Below, one piece after another: positions 1 to 9,168 of a DNA stretch of 64,000 nucleotides. Below the pieces are notes generated by a model. It ran no database searches and was not told where the DNA came from. It was given only the letters and a program-made list of their open reading frames with translations. Position 1 is the stretch's first letter; each line of letters opens with the position of its first letter. Made by a program: the position numbers and the translations under genes. The DNA comes from a virus (Duplodnaviria; Caudoviricetes): IMG/VR virus record IMGVR_UViG_3300033121_000719, positions 1 through 64,000 of that record. The stretch is one strand, 5' to 3'.

Positions 1-77
1 ACACTAGAGACTGGACACACTAGAGACTGGACACACTAGAGACTGGACACACTAGAGACTGGACACACTAGAGACTG
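1..77. repeat. Tandem repeat of 16-bp unit ACACTAGAGACTGGAC (4 full copies + 13 bp; runs off the window edge)
   Basis: Units read directly at 1-16, 17-32, 33-48, 49-64 and 65-77; no spacers. Confidence 0.95.
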
Positions 78-245
78 TTAAACCATAAAAAAACAACCAT
101 AATTTAAAGCCTTAAAACATGGGTAAAATCAAACGTTTTTTTTAATACCTTATAAATGTATACTTTGAATTGTAACGTTTAAAAAATGACATTTTAGAAC
201 GCTTTAAATGGTATATTTTAGCCCAGTCTAAACTCGATATAAATG

Positions 246-261
246 TAGAACGATTGTTCTA
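246..261. promoter_or_regulatory. LexA/SOS-box-like palindrome TAGAAC-GATT-GTTCTA
   Basis: Matches the GAAC-N4-GTTC Gram-positive/Chloroflexi-type LexA box; same arms recur at 2511-2526. Confidence 0.5.
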
Positions 262-296
262 TCTTCTAGGTGGGCATCCGGATGACAAGTTAAATA

Positions 297-328
297 AAAA
301 AAACACTCTCAATTGAGAGTGTTTTTTT
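297..328. terminator. Bidirectional intrinsic terminator
   Basis: Perfect palindrome AAAAAAACACTCTCAATTGAGAGTGTTTTTTT downstream of the 470-aa gene. Confidence 0.75.
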
Positions 329-392
329 GTGTGGCCTAAAGATATTGTTTGTATAATGTTTCCATTGAAGCACTCGTGCGAGGCGCGGGTGG

Positions 393-417
393 TAAGTGGT
401 GGTTCAACCACCACTTA
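393..417. terminator. Hairpin 3' of the DUF262 gene (terminator or stabiliser)
   Basis: TAAGTGGTGGTT-C-AACCACCACTTA inverted repeat. Confidence 0.5.
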
Positions 418-454
418 AACCAATACTTTTTTTGAATCCGCTTGTTTAAGTGTT

Positions 455-1867
455 TCATTTATTTAGCCCCTTGTCGGCTGAAGCCATCTTCTCGGCCGTT
501 GTATGCTGTCTCTTGCCACGATTGGCAAGGGCGCTGGCGGCGGGCCCGGCCGTCAGGCTGGCATCTTTCTCTTCATCTGTTTTTGCCGTCTCGGCAGCGG
601 GCGCCTTGTCGGCTTTGCCGCCCTTGTTGGCATCAATAATCGCCGGATCAACGGCTGCCACTTTTTTTGCTTTTTTATCAGGCCGCTTGCCACTTTCAAA
701 GCCGCTGCCCGCTTTGCCCATGATGATGGCGTTCATAATTGAAACACGTGCCACCACATTATCTTCGCCGCCAGTGTTGGAGCCTGAAGCATTGAAGTAT
801 GCCATCCTCAAATCTGACGGCTTCTTGGTTGAAGCCGTGCAGGCAAAAAATTCGATTAAGCCAGATGCCAGCCGAATGGCAGCCGATTCTTTTTTATCGC
901 CAGCCAAAGCGGGCACTGGAGTCAAACATAAGGCCGCCAACAGGCTGATAATATTCGTGCGCTTTGCAATTGCATTATAAATTGTAATGTCATCTGCCAA
1001 TGACATTTGAGCAAAGGCACTTGTTATTTCTTTTACCGCTTTGACAACCATTTTAACGTCGGCCTCTTCCACTTTCATTTTAGAGACGTTATCCCATAAC
1101 GTCTTGGCCGTCTCGGCGGAAGGGCGCTTGCTCAATTTTTTGGCCTCTTCAGTCAGGCCATCATAAATGACCTGCCCCTTAATCTGCCGGGCGATAAAAA
1201 GCGCCGTGAGTGTCATCTCTTCAACATCATTGGCATTATAGCCGACCAAAGTACTTGACAAGTGGGATTTGAAAGTAGCCAGCAGAATGGCGGACGCCTC
1301 GGCAACCGCTTTGATCTGGGCTAAAATCTTCCCTCGCCACTGTTGGGCACTTGTCAACGGCGCCGGGCGATTAAGATCCAAGAACAACTGGCGAAGGGCG
1401 TGTTCATCCAATTTATGAATAGTCAAATCAATCATATAGCCCATGATATTCTCTTGAGCCTGGGCAGGCCATTCAGTAAACACGACGCCATTTAATGATT
1501 GCCATTCTCCAGTGAGGCATGAGGGTGTATACTCGCCCCTTACAAGCCGGCGAATAACACGAAGGCGCTGTTGGCCGTCTTGCAATTTTAACACGCCATC
1601 TTCATCATAACTAACATGGATGGCATTGATTGAATTGCCAGATAAGATATTCTGAAATAAGCCATCTTGTTTAGCGGGCTTATCCCATGCAGGCGCGGGC
1701 GGGCGCTGCCAAGTGGGCAATCCAACTTTGCCATTGTCATAAGCGGCAAGGTATGAACGAATTGCCATTAATTTTTTGTCAAATGTCATGGCGGCGGGCT
1801 GAATGGCCAAAGTGTCTTCAATAACTTCTTGGACGGCCTCAAACTTGACTTCAGTAGATTCTAACAT
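455..1867 (-). CDS. DUF262 (GmrSD N-terminal / ParB-Srx fold) domain protein with Ala/Lys-rich C-terminal tail
   Basis: LPTWQR..W and LQDGQQRL motifs, LFLDLN; AAGGAG RBS upstream; no C-terminal HNH motif seen. Confidence 0.75.
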   Translation of the reverse strand: MLESTEVKFEAVQEVIEDTLAIQPAAMTFDKKLMAIRSYLAAYDNGKVGLPTWQRPPAPAWDKPAKQDGLFQNILSGNSINAIHVSYDEDGVLKLQDGQQRLRVIRRLVRGEYTPSCLTGEWQSLNGVVFTEWPAQAQENIMGYMIDLTIHKLDEHALRQLFLDLNRPAPLTSAQQWRGKILAQIKAVAEASAILLATFKSHLSSTLVGYNANDVEEMTLTALFIARQIKGQVIYDGLTEEAKKLSKRPSAETAKTLWDNVSKMKVEEADVKMVVKAVKEITSAFAQMSLADDITIYNAIAKRTNIISLLAALCLTPVPALAGDKKESAAIRLASGLIEFFACTASTKKPSDLRMAYFNASGSNTGGEDNVVARVSIMNAIIMGKAGSGFESGKRPDKKAKKVAAVDPAIIDANKGGKADKAPAAETAKTDEEKDASLTAGPAASALANRGKRQHTTAEKMASADKGLNK

Positions 1868-1950
1868 TTTAAGCTCCTTCCCATTTTAGGCATGGGTGCC
1901 GATAAAAGAATGTGGGGCGCTAGCGGCGCCGTGTTCAAATGAACACTTAT

Positions 1951-1979
1951 ATATTATCACCAACGAATTGTAGTGTCAA
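1951..1979 (-). promoter_or_regulatory. sigma70-type promoter of the DUF262 gene, followed by palindrome GTGTTCA-AA-TGAACAC (1931-1946)
   Basis: Minus strand reads TTGACA-17 bp-TAATAT. Confidence 0.65.
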
Positions 1980-2510
1980 GCATTTTAAAAGAATTGATTA
2001 AATTGATTTTATCATCTCGAAAACAGATAAAATCAATGTATTAAATGAAGAGAATTTTTTTGCCGAGTAAAGTTTAAAATACGCGCTTATAGATACCTTA
2101 AATAACGTTTTTTAATAACAGGTATAGAATGACATATTGAATAGTAAAATTGAAAATAACCCATGTTTTAACGTCTTAAACAACGTTTTTTAATAGGGTT
2201 ATATACTGGTTTAATCCTATGATAGCAGTATGCAAATATCATTAGTATATACTAATATTGATTATTATTATTGATTAATAATATTATTGAATAATTAATA
2301 AATGTTAATTGTTTACTTATATTAATCGCAATTTTTTATCATAGATCATAACACGCAGCACACGGAGCGAACACTACAAAAAAATAGATACTTCTCACAA
2401 AAAAATAATTAATGTCCATTAACGTTAATAAACGATTATTCTTTGGATAATGTTTTATTATGCAAAGCATTTATTAACATTTGACTATATGCCCCCCAGT
2501 TTACATTTTA

Positions 2511-2526
2511 TAGAACATTTGTTCTA
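2511..2526. promoter_or_regulatory. LexA/SOS-box-like palindrome TAGAAC-ATTT-GTTCTA
   Basis: GAAC-N4-GTTC; a degenerate copy lies at 3099-3114. Confidence 0.5.
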
Positions 2527-3220
2527 CGAAATCCCCCGTTAGCTATTTCATTCACACGACACGACACGATATGATAAGACACGACATGATACTTTGCATG
2601 ATTGTTTTGAGTTTAACCAGTAAAAAAGTAGAGTATTTGAATGATGCTGAAACAATATAGCTACTATAAAGCAAAGGAATATAAATAGAATGAGAAAACT
2701 GGTTAAAACATTATGCAAAGTATTTTACAAAGTTGTGAGAAAACTCGAAAGCAAAATATAAAGTAGAAATTTTTCTAATTATAAAAGCATTAAAAAGTGA
2801 GTAAAAGCTCATTTTAATAAAAAAAAGAATAAAATATTGAATAATAATGAATTAACGTTCATTTTTGGGACATGCCTTATTTCCGCTCGGATTCGATTAT
2901 TTGTGCGCCCCGCCGACCAGCTAATAAATGTATTTAGATTTTACCTAAAAAAGAAAATGTATTTTGTTGGGATTATGGTATGCGTTTAAAGCCCCCTAAA
3001 TAGCGTTTTTTCGCATTTTGTGTGTGTTACGTATGATTTTACCTTTTATACTATAACTTTTTATTTTACCCCGCTTTAGACCCCATAGAAAACGTTTTTA
3101 GAACATTTGTTAGAAAAATATTTTTTTAGAATATGATAAAAAAAATGCCACCACCGATCAGATCAGCAGGGGCATCTAATTACTTTCAAAAATTCTTCGG
3201 TCGTCCAGACTCCTTTAAAG

Positions 3221-3510
3221 GTATATATGTAGTATATGTATTTATATACTAGAATATAAATACTATGAATATATATATACATAGTATTATTTTAATGTAT
3301 AGGTAGTATTTATATACTATTAAGTATATATAAGTAATAGTATTAAGTATACTATTATATATATTTAATTAAGTATTAAGTATTTATATATTCTGTAAGA
3401 GTATATATATACTTAATAGTATTTTTAAGTAGTATATATATACTAATAGAATCATTAAGAGTATATAAATACTATTAGTATTTATATTAATACTTATAGT
3501 ATTATTAATA
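3221..3510. other. Extremely AT-rich low-complexity tract (TAAGTAT/TATATA motifs); possible origin or unwinding region
   Basis: Composition seen directly; function inferred. Confidence 0.35.
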
Positions 3511-3533
3511 CCACAAAAGTGTGTTTTTGTCAA
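3505..3533 (-). promoter_or_regulatory. sigma70-type promoter firing leftward into the non-coding region
   Basis: TTGACA-17 bp-TATTAA with extended -10 TG. Confidence 0.55.
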
Positions 3534-3558
3534 GGTGTATAATGTCATATTTTTAATA

Positions 3559-3738
3559 TTACTTTTGTACAAATTTTGACGTAAACTTTTCAAACTCAAA
3601 ATATTCTTTACAATGACTACAATATCCTGAGATTGAAAGCACCTTTATTCCACATAGTAAAACGAGATAACCAAGTTCATCTATAATACCAATCTTTCTA
3701 TCACACTTTGAACAACTGAAAACACCATTCTTTATCAT
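3559..3738 (-). CDS. 59-aa zinc-ribbon protein (CxxC...CxxC), missed by the ORF track
   Basis: MIKNGVFSCSKCDRK...GYCSHCKEYF...VQK; AAGGAGAG RBS; consensus promoter directly upstream. Confidence 0.75.
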   Translation of the reverse strand: MIKNGVFSCSKCDRKIGIIDELGYLVLLCGIKVLSISGYCSHCKEYFEFEKFTSKFVQK

Positions 3739-3764
3739 ATACTCTCCTTTTCTAAATTTTTATC

Positions 3765-3793
3765 ATTATACCACGATATTTATTATTTGTCAA
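3765..3793 (-). promoter_or_regulatory. Consensus sigma70 promoter (leftward)
   Basis: TTGACA-17 bp-TATAAT with TG extension. Confidence 0.85.
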
Positions 3794-3811
3794 GGTTTTT
3801 TATATTTACCC

Positions 3812-3840
3812 TTGACAAAATAGAAAAAGTATGGTATAAT
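3812..3840 (+). promoter_or_regulatory. Consensus sigma70 promoter (rightward) for the RNA polymerase operon
   Basis: TTGACA-17 bp-TATAAT with TG extension. Confidence 0.85.
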
Positions 3841-3883
3841 GTTAGAACATTGAAAACTACACTGAGAAAGGAGGATTCTATTT

Positions 3884-4072
3884 TTGGCTAGAATTTGTAA
3901 TACTTGTTTTTATGAAAATGAATGTTCTACTTCAACTGAATTGAATACTGATGATTTATGTCCAGACTATTTTGAAATGGACATATATGAAAAAGAAATT
4001 GAAACTGGATTTTGGACTGAAATGAGTTACTATAGATACGTTGATAATTTTTGGAACTATATTCCTGAATAG
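3884..4072 (+). CDS. Small acidic Cys-rich hypothetical protein
   Basis: AAGGAGG RBS; CxxC...C...C. Confidence 0.7.
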   Translation: MARICNTCFYENECSTSTELNTDDLCPDYFEMDIYEKEIETGFWTEMSYYRYVDNFWNYIPE

Positions 4073-4089
4073 AAAGGATTTTTACAGCA

Positions 4090-6804
4090 TTGAAGAAACA
4101 ACAAAGTTTTTATGTTTTAAAAATTTCAAGCACAAGAATAAGAGAAAGTAATTACAATATAAAGTTGAGTTTGTCTCAGGCACGAAAAAATGGAGAAGTC
4201 GTTTCAATAGCAGAAAATCAGGTTATAAAATCTTTATTTAGTATCCAAAATAGAAAATACGATTCTGATGAGATTAAGGAACTTTTTATAAATAAAAGAA
4301 AAATAAAGAATAAAAAGTCAAGCGTTGAAAATTCAGAGAAACTAAAAAAGATTGAAAAAAGAATAAATGAGATATTATACATTCCTGAACTTGTTTCAGT
4401 TTATATGGATAATAAGAAACATTATTCAAATATAATAAACAACTCTTTCTTTATAAACAACAAAAAATATGTCAGACTATTGTGTGGAGCTGGACATGCT
4501 AGAAGAAATACTGTCATTTTCATTTCTGAAGAGTACGAAAAGACTTTGAAAGATGTTTTGAATAATGGCAGAAAAGAAATGAAAATGATCCCTGCTAAAA
4601 ACAATGCTTATTTTGCTTTAGCTTACAGTGGAACGTCTACTGTTAGACAACCTTATTTTTGTGTAGTACCTGATTGTGAAATAAAGAGAATCGAGAAAGT
4701 TGACTTTATCAATGACGATAACGAAGTAATTGAAACTGAAAAAGAACTTGATTTCAATTTGTTTGACGGACAGGGTTTGATAAGCCCAAGATTAGCCCAA
4801 TGGTGGGCTGAGGATTTGGAACTGGATTATTTACCATCAACTTTTATTATTAGAAACTCTTTTTTGAAAGGAATGGTTTGTACTTTTGACTTTCATAGAT
4901 TTAGTGATGAATGTGGAGTTCACATAGTAAAAGACGTTTGGGGTAATGATGTAAATATCAGAGATATGGATTTAGTTATAACTGCTTCACAATTCAAGAT
5001 GTGGAACGCTTACAACAATATTGATGAATACATTCAAAACTGTAAAAAGAATAATATGACTTTTGGTGTTACGAGATGTTCTCCAAAGACTGAAAATGAT
5101 TATGTTTTTACAAATTACCAGTTTGTTCAAGTTTTAAACTTGAATGACCAGCAGGTGGAAAACTTATGTCAAAAGACTATAGATTTCTTTGATGGTTCAA
5201 TAACTTCAAATATCAATTATACTTTACTTTACCTTTTAGGTAAAATGTCTACTGACAACTTTGATCCTGATATGTTTTCAAAGATCAACGATCCAGTTAC
5301 TAAAAGTTTGATTTTGAATAATAATCTACTACATGACCCTTATGTTCAAAGTCATCTAATTCATAGCCTTAACAGAAAGATTAGAGATTCTTATATAGGT
5401 AATCTTTTAGTTGATGGAAATTATACTATGGTAGTATTTGATCCTTACGCTTTTTGTGAACATTTATTTGGATTTGAGGTAAAAGGATTACTGAAAAGAA
5501 ATGAACATTACTGTAGCTATTGGAATCATAAAGATGTTGACACAGTTGCGGCTATGCGCGCTCCTTTGACTTGGAGAAGTGAAGTAAATGTTCTGAACTT
5601 GAAAAAAGAACCTGAAATGAGAGACTGGTATGAATATCTTGGTACTGGTGCGGTCATTTACAATGTTCATGGTGCTGATGCTATGATTCACTCAGATTGT
5701 GACGCAGACGGGGATATTGTAATGTTGACCAACCAGAAAGAATTCATAGATGGTGCTTATGGAGGACTTCCTATCACATATGAGAAAAAGAAAGCTGTCA
5801 AGACAGATGTAGTAGAAAGTGAATTATATAAAGTTGATTTATTGTCTTTTGATAGCAGAATTGGTTATATTACAAACTGTAGCACTACCATGTACGCTAT
5901 GGAAAAACTTTATGATGATAATTCATCAGAAAAGAAAGAAATTATCAATAGGTTAAAAATATGCCGTAGATTGCAAGGGGATCAGATTGATTTAACCAAA
6001 GGTATTGAAATTAATCCATTTCCATCTCATTGGGTAAGATGGAATAAAGATGGGACAGATTTTGATAATAGCTTAATTATTGATAAGAGACCATACTTTA
6101 TGAGATGGTTATATCCTGAATACAATAAGAATTATTTGAAATACATTTCCAATTTTGATTTTTATTGTTTAGCTAATTTTGGATTTGGTTTGAATGAATT
6201 ACTGAATAAAACTGAATTGAACGAAAAGGAAACTGAAACAATCTCAAAATATTATAGATTTAATCCATTATTGGATACTGACTGTATTATGAATAAAGTC
6301 TGTCATCTTATGGAAAGAAAAGTAAAGGAAATAAAATCAGACAAAAGAAAACAGAATAAGGAACTTGTTTCTATTTTGAAAGATAATGATATACCATTTG
6401 ACAGAGAAAAGCAAAAATTACTTGATGCTCTTTATAGAAAATATAAGAATGAAAAAAGAAACTTTGCTAATTTTACTGATGAAGAAGGTGAATCAAAATT
6501 TAAATCCATTGAGCAATATAATAAACATATCAGGGATTTGGCTTTTGAAATTAGTTCAAATATTCAAGAACTTACCAACCTTGCCGTCAGCATCTGTTAC
6601 GAATTACATCCAAGCGATAATAAAAATTTTGTTTGGGCTGTATTTGGAGATGGTGTTGTTGAAAACGTAAAAAAGAATAAACAGGAAAAGGTTTTAGTTC
6701 CAACTGTATCTTTTGAGGAAGACTCGTTTTCTTATTTAGGTAAAACTTTCAAAATGGTAGAAATTAATACAGAAGAAAAGGATAACTATGAATTTGATTT
6801 TTAA
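4090..6804 (+). CDS. yonO: YonO-like single-subunit (two-barrel, RdRP-related) DNA-dependent RNA polymerase
   Basis: DCDADGD metal-binding motif, FDGQGLISP, FLKGMV, MRAP; 904 aa; SPbeta-like synteny with an HU gene and the late operon. Confidence 0.88.
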   Translation: MKKQQSFYVLKISSTRIRESNYNIKLSLSQARKNGEVVSIAENQVIKSLFSIQNRKYDSDEIKELFINKRKIKNKKSSVENSEKLKKIEKRINEILYIPELVSVYMDNKKHYSNIINNSFFINNKKYVRLLCGAGHARRNTVIFISEEYEKTLKDVLNNGRKEMKMIPAKNNAYFALAYSGTSTVRQPYFCVVPDCEIKRIEKVDFINDDNEVIETEKELDFNLFDGQGLISPRLAQWWAEDLELDYLPSTFIIRNSFLKGMVCTFDFHRFSDECGVHIVKDVWGNDVNIRDMDLVITASQFKMWNAYNNIDEYIQNCKKNNMTFGVTRCSPKTENDYVFTNYQFVQVLNLNDQQVENLCQKTIDFFDGSITSNINYTLLYLLGKMSTDNFDPDMFSKINDPVTKSLILNNNLLHDPYVQSHLIHSLNRKIRDSYIGNLLVDGNYTMVVFDPYAFCEHLFGFEVKGLLKRNEHYCSYWNHKDVDTVAAMRAPLTWRSEVNVLNLKKEPEMRDWYEYLGTGAVIYNVHGADAMIHSDCDADGDIVMLTNQKEFIDGAYGGLPITYEKKKAVKTDVVESELYKVDLLSFDSRIGYITNCSTTMYAMEKLYDDNSSEKKEIINRLKICRRLQGDQIDLTKGIEINPFPSHWVRWNKDGTDFDNSLIIDKRPYFMRWLYPEYNKNYLKYISNFDFYCLANFGFGLNELLNKTELNEKETETISKYYRFNPLLDTDCIMNKVCHLMERKVKEIKSDKRKQNKELVSILKDNDIPFDREKQKLLDALYRKYKNEKRNFANFTDEEGESKFKSIEQYNKHIRDLAFEISSNIQELTNLAVSICYELHPSDNKNFVWAVFGDGVVENVKKNKQEKVLVPTVSFEEDSFSYLGKTFKMVEINTEEKDNYEFDF

Positions 6805-7516
6805 TGAATTAAAATATGCTGAAAATTTACTTACTGAGCATAACGAAAAAATAAAAGTAGCAGACCTTTTTATATTAGCTAAATATTTTAGACATTTAGG
6901 TAAAAACAATTCTCAAATTAAAAAAGATTTAATTGACTACTGTTTACAACATGACAGTTCTTTTAATGTTGACTTGTCTTCAAAAATGATTAATTCAGTA
7001 TTAAATAAATCAAAGAAATATCAACTCAGGATTGTTGAAAGTGTTTTGGTTACTCAAAAAGAAATAGAAAAAATAAAAACTCTAAATGACTATAAGTGTG
7101 AAAAAATACTTTTTACGATGCTGGTTTTATCTTTGGTTAAAGGTGAAAAGCCAGATGGAAAAAACTACTATGTCAACGAAAGTTTTTATAGGGTAGTTAA
7201 ATTAGCTAAAATTGCAACAATAAACAAAGCTGAAAGAAACGCCTTGATGTTTAAGATAAATTCTTCTGGATTAGCAGTTGCTACGTTGTATGGATCATTC
7301 AAAGTAAATTTTGTTGACAGAGAAGATAAAACAAATTCAATCATCGTTGACGATTTTGATAACATAGGAAATTTCTATCATATATATTGTGAATGTGGGA
7401 ATATGATTGAAAAGAATAGTTATAAAAAATCCATATGCTCAAAATGTTATAAAGAAGAAAGAAAAAGAATGAAAAACGAGTATATAAAAAATGTTAGAAT
7501 GAAAAATAACCAATAA
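6788..7516 (+). CDS. Hypothetical protein coupled to the RNAP gene, C-terminal Zn finger
   Basis: Overlaps the RNAP stop; CECG...CSKC. Confidence 0.75.
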   Translation: MNLIFNELKYAENLLTEHNEKIKVADLFILAKYFRHLGKNNSQIKKDLIDYCLQHDSSFNVDLSSKMINSVLNKSKKYQLRIVESVLVTQKEIEKIKTLNDYKCEKILFTMLVLSLVKGEKPDGKNYYVNESFYRVVKLAKIATINKAERNALMFKINSSGLAVATLYGSFKVNFVDREDKTNSIIVDDFDNIGNFYHIYCECGNMIEKNSYKKSICSKCYKEERKRMKNEYIKNVRMKNNQ

Positions 7517-7563
7517 TAGACAGATTCTGTGCATTTTCTGTTAAAGGAAAGGAGGTCAAAACT

Positions 7564-8697
7564 ATGATAAAAAATAAAACTTTTAAAATAAGAATATATC
7601 CAAATAAAGTACAAAAAAGATTGATTGATAATAACATTGGAGCATGTAGATACATTTACAATTATATGTTGAATTTAAAAATAAAAAGATATAACGAACT
7701 CAAAGAAAATCTTAGTTATAACGAAATGTCTTCTATGATTACTGAATTAAAACACGAACCAGAAAATGGATGGATAAGGATATGCGATTCAGTATCGCTA
7801 GAATATTCAATTTATAATTTAAATTCTGCTTTTCAGAATTTTTTTGATGGATTGAAGAAAAATAAAAGATGTGGATTTCCAAAATTTAAATCAAAAAAAA
7901 GGTCTAAATTATCATATAAAACAAATGGAACAATAAAAGTTTTTAAGAATAAAATAAAAATTCCAAAAATAGATTCTATAAAATGCAAACATAGTTTTGA
8001 TCTTTCGCAGATTCAAAAAATTGTTTATGCTGTTGTTATAAAATCAAAATCAGATGAATATTATATAAATGTTTCTTGCGAAGTTGAAGTGAAAACCAAA
8101 CAAAAAACTGAACAAGAAGTAGGTATTGATTTAGGTATAAAAACTCTTGCTACATTATCTGATGGAACTTGTTTTGAAAATCCAAAATTATATCAAAAAT
8201 ACAAAAATAAAATAGAAAAAGCAAGCAAAAAAATATCAAGAAAAAAATATGGAAGTAAAAATTATTATAAACAACAAGCCAAAAACTCAAAAATATATGA
8301 AAAAATAAACAGATCAAGAATTGATAATATACATAAAATAACAACCTTTTTAATCAATAATTATGATAAAATAATTATAGAAGATTTGGATGTCGTTGGT
8401 ATGATGAAGAATAAACTTTTATATAAAAGTTTATTAGACGCTTCATTTAGAGAGATAAGAAATCAATTAGAATATAAAAGTGATTGGTATGGAAAAGAAC
8501 TGATTATTATTGGAAGGTTTGAACCTACAAGTAAAAAATGCTCTAATTGTGGAAATATTAAAGAAAAACTTGATCTAAATGAAAGAGTGTATTTTTGTGA
8601 AGAATGTAATTTAAAGATTAATAGAGACCTTAATGCCTCTTTAAATATTTTGGCCGCAGGAATGACGGTTACAGCTTGCAAAATATATTTGACATAG
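7564..8697 (+). CDS. tnpB: IS200/IS605-family TnpB RNA-guided endonuclease (solo, no tnpA)
   Basis: N-terminal KIRIYPN HTH; RuvC GIDLG, IEDL and DLNA intact; CSNC/CEEC Zn finger. Confidence 0.92.
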   Translation: MIKNKTFKIRIYPNKVQKRLIDNNIGACRYIYNYMLNLKIKRYNELKENLSYNEMSSMITELKHEPENGWIRICDSVSLEYSIYNLNSAFQNFFDGLKKNKRCGFPKFKSKKRSKLSYKTNGTIKVFKNKIKIPKIDSIKCKHSFDLSQIQKIVYAVVIKSKSDEYYINVSCEVEVKTKQKTEQEVGIDLGIKTLATLSDGTCFENPKLYQKYKNKIEKASKKISRKKYGSKNYYKQQAKNSKIYEKINRSRIDNIHKITTFLINNYDKIIIEDLDVVGMMKNKLLYKSLLDASFREIRNQLEYKSDWYGKELIIIGRFEPTSKKCSNCGNIKEKLDLNERVYFCEECNLKINRDLNASLNILAAGMTVTACKIYLT

Positions 8698-8760
8698 AAA
8701 GTTAAACTTAAGCAAGAAGTCTTTTTAGACAATTCAAAATATGACTATTATTTTTTTGTA
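8650..8760 (+). ncRNA. Putative TnpB omegaRNA scaffold and guide overlapping the tnpB 3' end
   Basis: Position typical for TnpB; ...AAGCAAGAAG...TTCAA resembles an IS605 right end; boundaries approximate. Confidence 0.4.
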
Positions 8761-8805
8761 GACAGATTCTGTTCTGTGTATGTATATGGATAAGGAAATG
8801 AAAAA

Positions 8806-9153
8806 ATGGATATAAAGGACGAAAACGAAAGAAACATATTGATTAAAAAAGACATTATAAAATTGATGTCAATTGAAACTGGATATTCTTTAAGAGATTG
8901 CACAATATTTCTAAATGCTTTTATTGATGTAATTGATGATTTGGTTTTTAAAAAGATTGGGGTCTCAATTTCCAATCTTTTTGTAATATCGTATAAAACT
9001 ACAAAACCTTATTATAGCAGGGGTATTGATGGTAAAAGAGTTTTAAAGGGTGGGACTGTAAAAGTCAACATGAGAATTCCAACTAAGATTGCTCGTGAAA
9101 TAAAAGAAGATTCTAAAAAAATAAGAAACGTTCCTGTTGATGAACAGGATTAA
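8806..9153 (+). CDS. HU/IHF-like DNA-binding protein
   Basis: KKDIIKLMS...FLNAFIDVI...VSISNLFVI...KV pattern; YonN-like position near the RNAP. Confidence 0.75.
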   Translation: MDIKDENERNILIKKDIIKLMSIETGYSLRDCTIFLNAFIDVIDDLVFKKIGVSISNLFVISYKTTKPYYSRGIDGKRVLKGGTVKVNMRIPTKIAREIKEDSKKIRNVPVDEQD

Positions 9154-9168
9154 AACAGGAGGTTTGAT

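Noticed and set aside
1-77. CRISPR array
   Set aside because: Units are head-to-tail with no spacers, and no cas genes are present.
442-980. + strand ORFs 442-639, 450-980 and 503-742
   Set aside because: Antisense shadows of the GC-rich DUF262 gene, without RBS or motifs.
3384-3599. 71-aa minus-strand ORF
   Set aside because: Low-complexity translation of the AT tract; overlaps a promoter and the better-supported 59-aa gene.
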